DNA of 64,000 nucleotides from Calditrichia bacterium (GTDB lineage Bacteria; Calditrichota; Calditrichia; RBG-13-44-9; J075): NCBI GenBank assembly GCA_050633245.1, contig JBOEGD010000011.1, positions 528,852 to 592,851 of the forward strand, read 5' to 3'. Shown piece by piece: positions 60,317 to 64,000 of this stretch (position 1 is its first letter; each line of letters starts with the position of its first letter). The notes under the pieces were generated by a model. It saw only the letters and a program-made list of their open reading frames with translations, ran no database searches and was not told where the DNA came from. The position numbers and the translations under genes were made by a program.

Positions 60317-60849
60317 TTACTTCCGAAAAGCACCGATTGCCGTGCTGGCAAACTCGGAAAGCACCAGTTCACCACTCATTCTGGCGCGCTCAGCGAGTAG
60401 GTCGTCCCAATGTTCGGTGCCCTGCCAAAATACTTTCTTTAGTCTGGCCATTGCATCCGGGTTGCTGGCTGCAAGACGTTTTGCCAAAGTATCTACCGCT
60501 TCATCGAGCCCGGAGATATCGGAAACAACTGTGCTATACATGCCGTGGCGTTCTGCCCAAGCGGCGTCACGCCAGTCGGTATCTACCGTCATTGCGGCAA
60601 ATGGCCCCGGACCTATCCGCCGTTCTACTACCGGTCCGATTACAAATGGACCAGAGCCCAGTGCCATTTCGCTAAGCTTGGTTGCAGCACGTTCAGTGGC
60701 AATAGCATAATCAGCAGCGCAAATAACGCCAACACCACCGCCAACGGCCTTGCCCTGCACACGAACAATCACAAAGTTCGGACAGTTTTTCATCGCCAAA
60801 ACCAGACGGGCAAACCCATAAAGAAATCGGCACCGCTGTCAGCGTAATC
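60317..60849 (-). pseudogene. 5'-truncated enoyl-CoA hydratase/isomerase fragment
   Basis: VQGKAVGGGVG..CAADY.IATE...KLSE...GPFVIGP; frameshift near 60812; N-terminal part absent. Confidence 0.82.
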
Positions 60850-60994
60850 CTGTTACTTTTAATAAGCGGACTATAGTATTGAAGAAAGACCTCAGTGACT
60901 AAGTTATCCATGACTCGCTATGTAAGCTTTATTAGTAATTTAGTAGATAAATTCGTAAAATAGTATCTAACTCGAGTTGAAAATAAGATTTGGT

Positions 60995-61180
60995 CGATGC
61001 TTTTACCTCACTCCTCTGGGTTTCTGTAATCTTATGGTGTATTCTACTATACACATAAAGCACCTCTGATGCTTTTTAAGCCATCTTTATCTAAGCAACT
61101 CATTTTTAGTCGCAGAGCGGCAATATATTTATAGCTAAGTAGATAAAATAGTTACATAAGCCCCAGCGGGGCGGCGTAAT
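60995..61180. repeat. Degenerate REP-like cluster
   Basis: Related short imperfect hairpins CTCCTCTGGG, GCACCTCTGATGC, GTCGCAGAGCGGC, GCCCCAGCGGGGC. Confidence 0.4.
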
Positions 61181-61189
61181 GAGCTTTAT

Positions 61190-61505
61190 TTCTCTGACAT
61201 TTGCTAATTGTCAACACGACTTAGACGGGTATTAAAAGACAAGGCCTTTGTATTCGAGGATTAGTATGGTTCTCCTTGTCTTTATAGTATCGTGTTCATA
61301 TGGATCAGGAACAATGTTTTGGTGCTTATCCGGCTTACTTTCCCTCGCACGGTGTTCAAAAACAGTATTCGCTTATGAAGTACAGCTATTAAGTGAGTAT
61401 GTGGTCTGATGGACTAAATAGACTATATCTCCGGGAAACTAAAGGAATGTATCTCTTTAGTGGCAGACGTGTCCATTCTTGGCTGTTTAGAAGTCTCAGC
61501 CATAT
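61190..61505 (-). mobile_element. Candidate non-autonomous IS110/IS1111-type element (no transposase; structured non-coding end retained)
   Basis: Imperfect sub-terminal IRs CTGACATTTGCTAA (61194-61207) and TTAGAAGTCTCAG (61487-61499); TTGACA on the minus strand next to one IR; stem AAAGACAAGG/CCTTGTCTTT; family assignment from recalled motifs. Confidence 0.45.
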
Positions 61506-61640
61506 GAAAGGCATATTTGTTATATTAGTTTTTTGTGAACAAATTTATTTGTTATCAAACAAGTAATCTAAATGCTCTTAAAATGTTACTAGATACTTCG
61601 CAATACATTTTTAATCGTCTATTTCAATATAGGTAAAATT

Positions 61641-62135
61641 ATGAATCGACTTGAGAATGTTATTAAAGAAATCTTTAAATATGATAATGCTATAACATTA
61701 GATTCAGAAGTTAGTGAAGGTGAAATCTTAAGTTTAGAATCTAAGTTAGGGCAATCTTTACCTACTGATTTTAAATCCTTTCTAAAACGAATTAATGGGT
61801 TAGAAATGTTTTCCGAGAGTATTTACGGAATATATAAGAATAAACCTGGCCTAGATTTATACTCCAATTATTTATGGGAACTGGAAGAGTCAGACAATCC
61901 TATTTTACCACACTTATTACCGATTTCTCCCGATGGATTCGGCAATCATTATTGTTTGGACTTAAAAAGTCTTTATGACAACGGGGACTATTGTAATGTG
62001 ATTTTTTGGCAACATGATTTTGAATATACCGCTGAGGAATTACCTGACATCGTAACCTCTTCATTCCTTGGTTTTGTTGAAGAAATGTTTAAAGATATCA
62101 AAGAGCATAAAAACTATGATGGAACAGACAAGTAA
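61641..62135 (+). CDS. SMI1/KNR4 (SUKH) family immunity-type protein
   Basis: EI..LESKLG..LP.DFK.FL..ING...LLPISPDGFGNHYCLD...VIFWQHD. Confidence 0.9.
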   Translation: MNRLENVIKEIFKYDNAITLDSEVSEGEILSLESKLGQSLPTDFKSFLKRINGLEMFSESIYGIYKNKPGLDLYSNYLWELEESDNPILPHLLPISPDGFGNHYCLDLKSLYDNGDYCNVIFWQHDFEYTAEELPDIVTSSFLGFVEEMFKDIKEHKNYDGTDK

Positions 62136-62140
62136 TAGTG

Positions 62141-62215
62141 TGAACTTCTTCCGACTTTCTGGGTGCATAATTAAGCGTCATATCCGTTCAACCATTAGAG
62201 AGAAGTGTTTCATGA
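62141..62215 (+). mobile_element. Degenerate second IS3-type left end
   Basis: TGAACTTCTTCCGACTTTCTGGGTGC..TTAAGCGTCATAT resembles 62273 TGAACTTCCCCCGATTTTGTGGACAC..TTAAGCGTTATAT. Confidence 0.6.
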
Positions 62216-62272
62216 AAGCTTTGTATGTCAGACGAAATGCGAAAAAGTGAAGACAAATCATTAACGAAAGTC

Positions 62273-62810
62273 TGAACTTCCCCCGATTTTGTGGACACGA
62301 TAGTTAAGCGTTATATTTACTCAAATGCTTATGAGAGGTGTCTAATGACAGAGAAGAAAACCCGACGGAAATTCACCAAAGAATTCAAAGAAGAAGTCGT
62401 TTTGCAAATTCTTGCAAAGGACGCAGCCAGGCGGAAGTCTCCCGTGAAATAGGTGTTGATGCCAATACAATTAGCAACGGGATTCGTCTGTATGATACCA
62501 ACCGCAGCGAGGTGTTTCCCGACAATGGTAACCGATTGTCGGTTGAGGAAGAGAATCGGCGGTTAAAGAAGGAGCTGGCATCTGTCAAGGAGGATCGCGA
62601 AATACTAAAAAAAGCTCTGGCCTTCTTTTCAAAAAACAGCAAATGAAGTATGAATTCATTCATACGCATCGCTTCGCATTTACTGTGAAAAGACTGTGCC
62701 GCAATCTATGTGTATCACGAAGCGGCTATTATAATTGGCTCAAACGCCCAATCAGCGATCGGCAGCGTGCCACTCAGGCACTGCGAACGCATGTGAAGGC
62801 GACGCTGTAA
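62273..62810 (+). mobile_element. IS3 family remnant (IRL, frameshifted orfA, truncated orfB)
   Basis: TG-starting IRL; orfA MTEKKTRRKFTKEFK...EENRRLKKEL...EILKKALAFF; orfB MKYEFI...LCVSRSGYYNW truncated at 62810. Confidence 0.88.
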
Positions 62811-62911
62811 GACCTTACAGTGGCAAAGATGATCTTGGGCCTCCGACTTTAGAAGTACAAAGGAATGGTCGGACTATAGATAAAGTCAGCTACTTAAAAA
62901 GCGAGGATTAA
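62804..62911 (+). pseudogene. Orphan polymorphic-toxin C-terminal tip
   Basis: AVRPYSGKDDLGPPTLEVQRNGRTIDKVSYLKSED*; TAA at 62909-62911 directly abuts the GTG of the next gene. Confidence 0.5.
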
Positions 62912-63448
62912 GTGGAAAATATGTTAGTCCCCAATAACGATTCTACTATAGTGGCAAGAAATGAAAAACTTACTGAAGCAATTCTTGAAGACAAAAATGT
63001 TGTCAAACCCAATTGGATTAGGAGCAAAAAATTTACTGTAATACCTACAGAAAGTATCTGGAATACAACCGATGATATTGTAAGCCTGCTTGAGGGACTA
63101 AAATCTCTAAAGATTCATTCATTTATTGCAATAGCACTAGAGGCAGTGAATTCAATAAATGTGCATGGCTCTTACAGAATTGAAAACTCTCTGGAGGGAT
63201 TGGAAGTTTTTATTCGCAACTGTGGTGGATTCAAATTTCTATTAACTACTGAGAATCAGTCTTTTGCTATTCTTTGTTCTTCAGATGGTTACTATATAAT
63301 AGTAGGGACAACTCAATTTATCAAGAAAGTTAGCGGCGGAGATATTAAAAAGGCTGTTAAAGATTATAAAGAATATTGTGCGGGTGAAAATATTGACGTA
63401 CTAAGAAAAACTCTTGAAATGCCTCTGACTATTTATGAAATAATTTAA
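62912..63448 (+). CDS. Hypothetical protein, probable immunity protein
   Basis: 178-aa AT-rich ORF abutting a toxin-tip-like fragment. Confidence 0.6.
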   Translation: MENMLVPNNDSTIVARNEKLTEAILEDKNVVKPNWIRSKKFTVIPTESIWNTTDDIVSLLEGLKSLKIHSFIAIALEAVNSINVHGSYRIENSLEGLEVFIRNCGGFKFLLTTENQSFAILCSSDGYYIIVGTTQFIKKVSGGDIKKAVKDYKEYCAGENIDVLRKTLEMPLTIYEII

Positions 63449-63450
63449 TT

Positions 63451-63476
63451 AACATAGACCTTCACTGGTCTATGTT
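63451..63476 (+). terminator. Hairpin after the immunity-like gene
   Basis: AACATAGACC-TTCACT-GGTCTATGTT perfect 10-bp stem. Confidence 0.55.
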
Positions 63477-63532
63477 GAAATAACTTGTCCATTATTCATA
63501 ATTCTTTTGTAAATCAATTAGTACCCTGTTTA

Positions 63533-63574
63533 ACAAAACGCGTTAGTAACTGTACAGTTACTAACGCGTTTTGT
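63533..63574. repeat. Perfect spacerless 42-bp palindrome
   Basis: ACAAAACGCGTTAGTAACTGT|ACAGTTACTAACGCGTTTTGT. Confidence 0.95.
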
Positions 63575-63749
63575 AGACATGTCCTCTCCCCTAGCTGTCA
63601 AAAGCATTTTTTCGACAGCACTGTTTTCGGGGGGGGGGGGGATTACCAGAGGGTGTTAAGCCTCTTTTATCTTCGTTTCCCTTTAATTTTTTCATCCGAT
63701 TAATCCAAATCCCCCATGTTGATATTGGAGTTCATCCTTGCCATCCATG

Positions 63750-63980
63750 TCATCGCCGCAACGCCGCCTTGGAAAACACGTGTCCGGGAATTTCGACGTC
63801 AAACTCGATGTCTTCAATCAAAAACTCGGTGCCCTTGCCCTTTTTTAGCATATCGTTGAAGATGACGTGCGTAACCACCCAGTGATGATCAACCTTCTTC
63901 ATATCCCTAATCTCTGTTGTTTTGAGCAACTTACCGCTACGTGCATAGTGCCCTTCCTTTAAACCGAGATAGCGTTCAGG
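63750..63980 (-). pseudogene. C-terminal fragment of an outer-membrane lipoprotein-sorting (LolA-like) protein
   Basis: PERYLGLKEGHYARSGKLLKT...KGTEFLIEDIEFDVEIPGHVFSKAALRR*; not listed in the ORF track. Confidence 0.7.
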
Positions 63981-64000
63981 GCGTTTTACTTCCGAAAAGC
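63979..64000. repeat. Direct repeat of the enoyl-CoA hydratase 3' end (identical to 60310-60331), running to the window edge
   Basis: GGGCGTTTTACTTCCGAAAAGC present at both positions. Confidence 0.9.

Noticed and set aside
60201-60710. 169-aa plus-strand ORF
   Set aside because: Antisense shadow of the enoyl-CoA hydratase fragment

Overview
Bacterial chromosomal window, most consistent with an FCB-superphylum organism outside canonical Bacteroidota, such as Calditrichota/KSB1-like (inference: three proteins end in a 'QNYPNPFNP' FlgD-Ig/T9SS type A C-terminal domain, and Shine-Dalgarno GGAGG sites are used). 0.5-20 kb: secreted and envelope proteins (M28 peptidase, GH13 pullulanase, BNR/PKD protein, DUF5666-repeat protein, DUF547-beta-barrel fusion, small Omp85), an MFS-ZnF-UBP fusion and an ECF sigma/cupin anti-sigma pair. 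20-26 kb: a KinB/AlgB-like sigma54 two-component system, followed by a predicted sigma54-driven exbB-exbD-exbD'-tonB-tonB' operon with heptamer repeats and two frameshifts. 27-58 kb: mostly housekeeping (TetR-RND efflux, dnaB, UDG, coaBC, gmk, yicC, glgP, mtgA, mce, guaB, fumC, transporters, S9 peptidase, sulfatase) with REP-like palindromes. 59.3-64 kb: an AT-rich variable region largely bracketed by a duplicated 3' end of an enoyl-CoA hydratase gene. It holds orphan immunity-like genes, a polymorphic-toxin C-terminal tip, IS3 and integrase remnants, a perfect 42-bp palindrome and a candidate transposase-less IS110/IS1111-type element that keeps only its non-coding (bridge/seek RNA-like) end. 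No rRNA, tRNA or CRISPR array was seen. All family calls come from motif recognition by eye; no searches were run.
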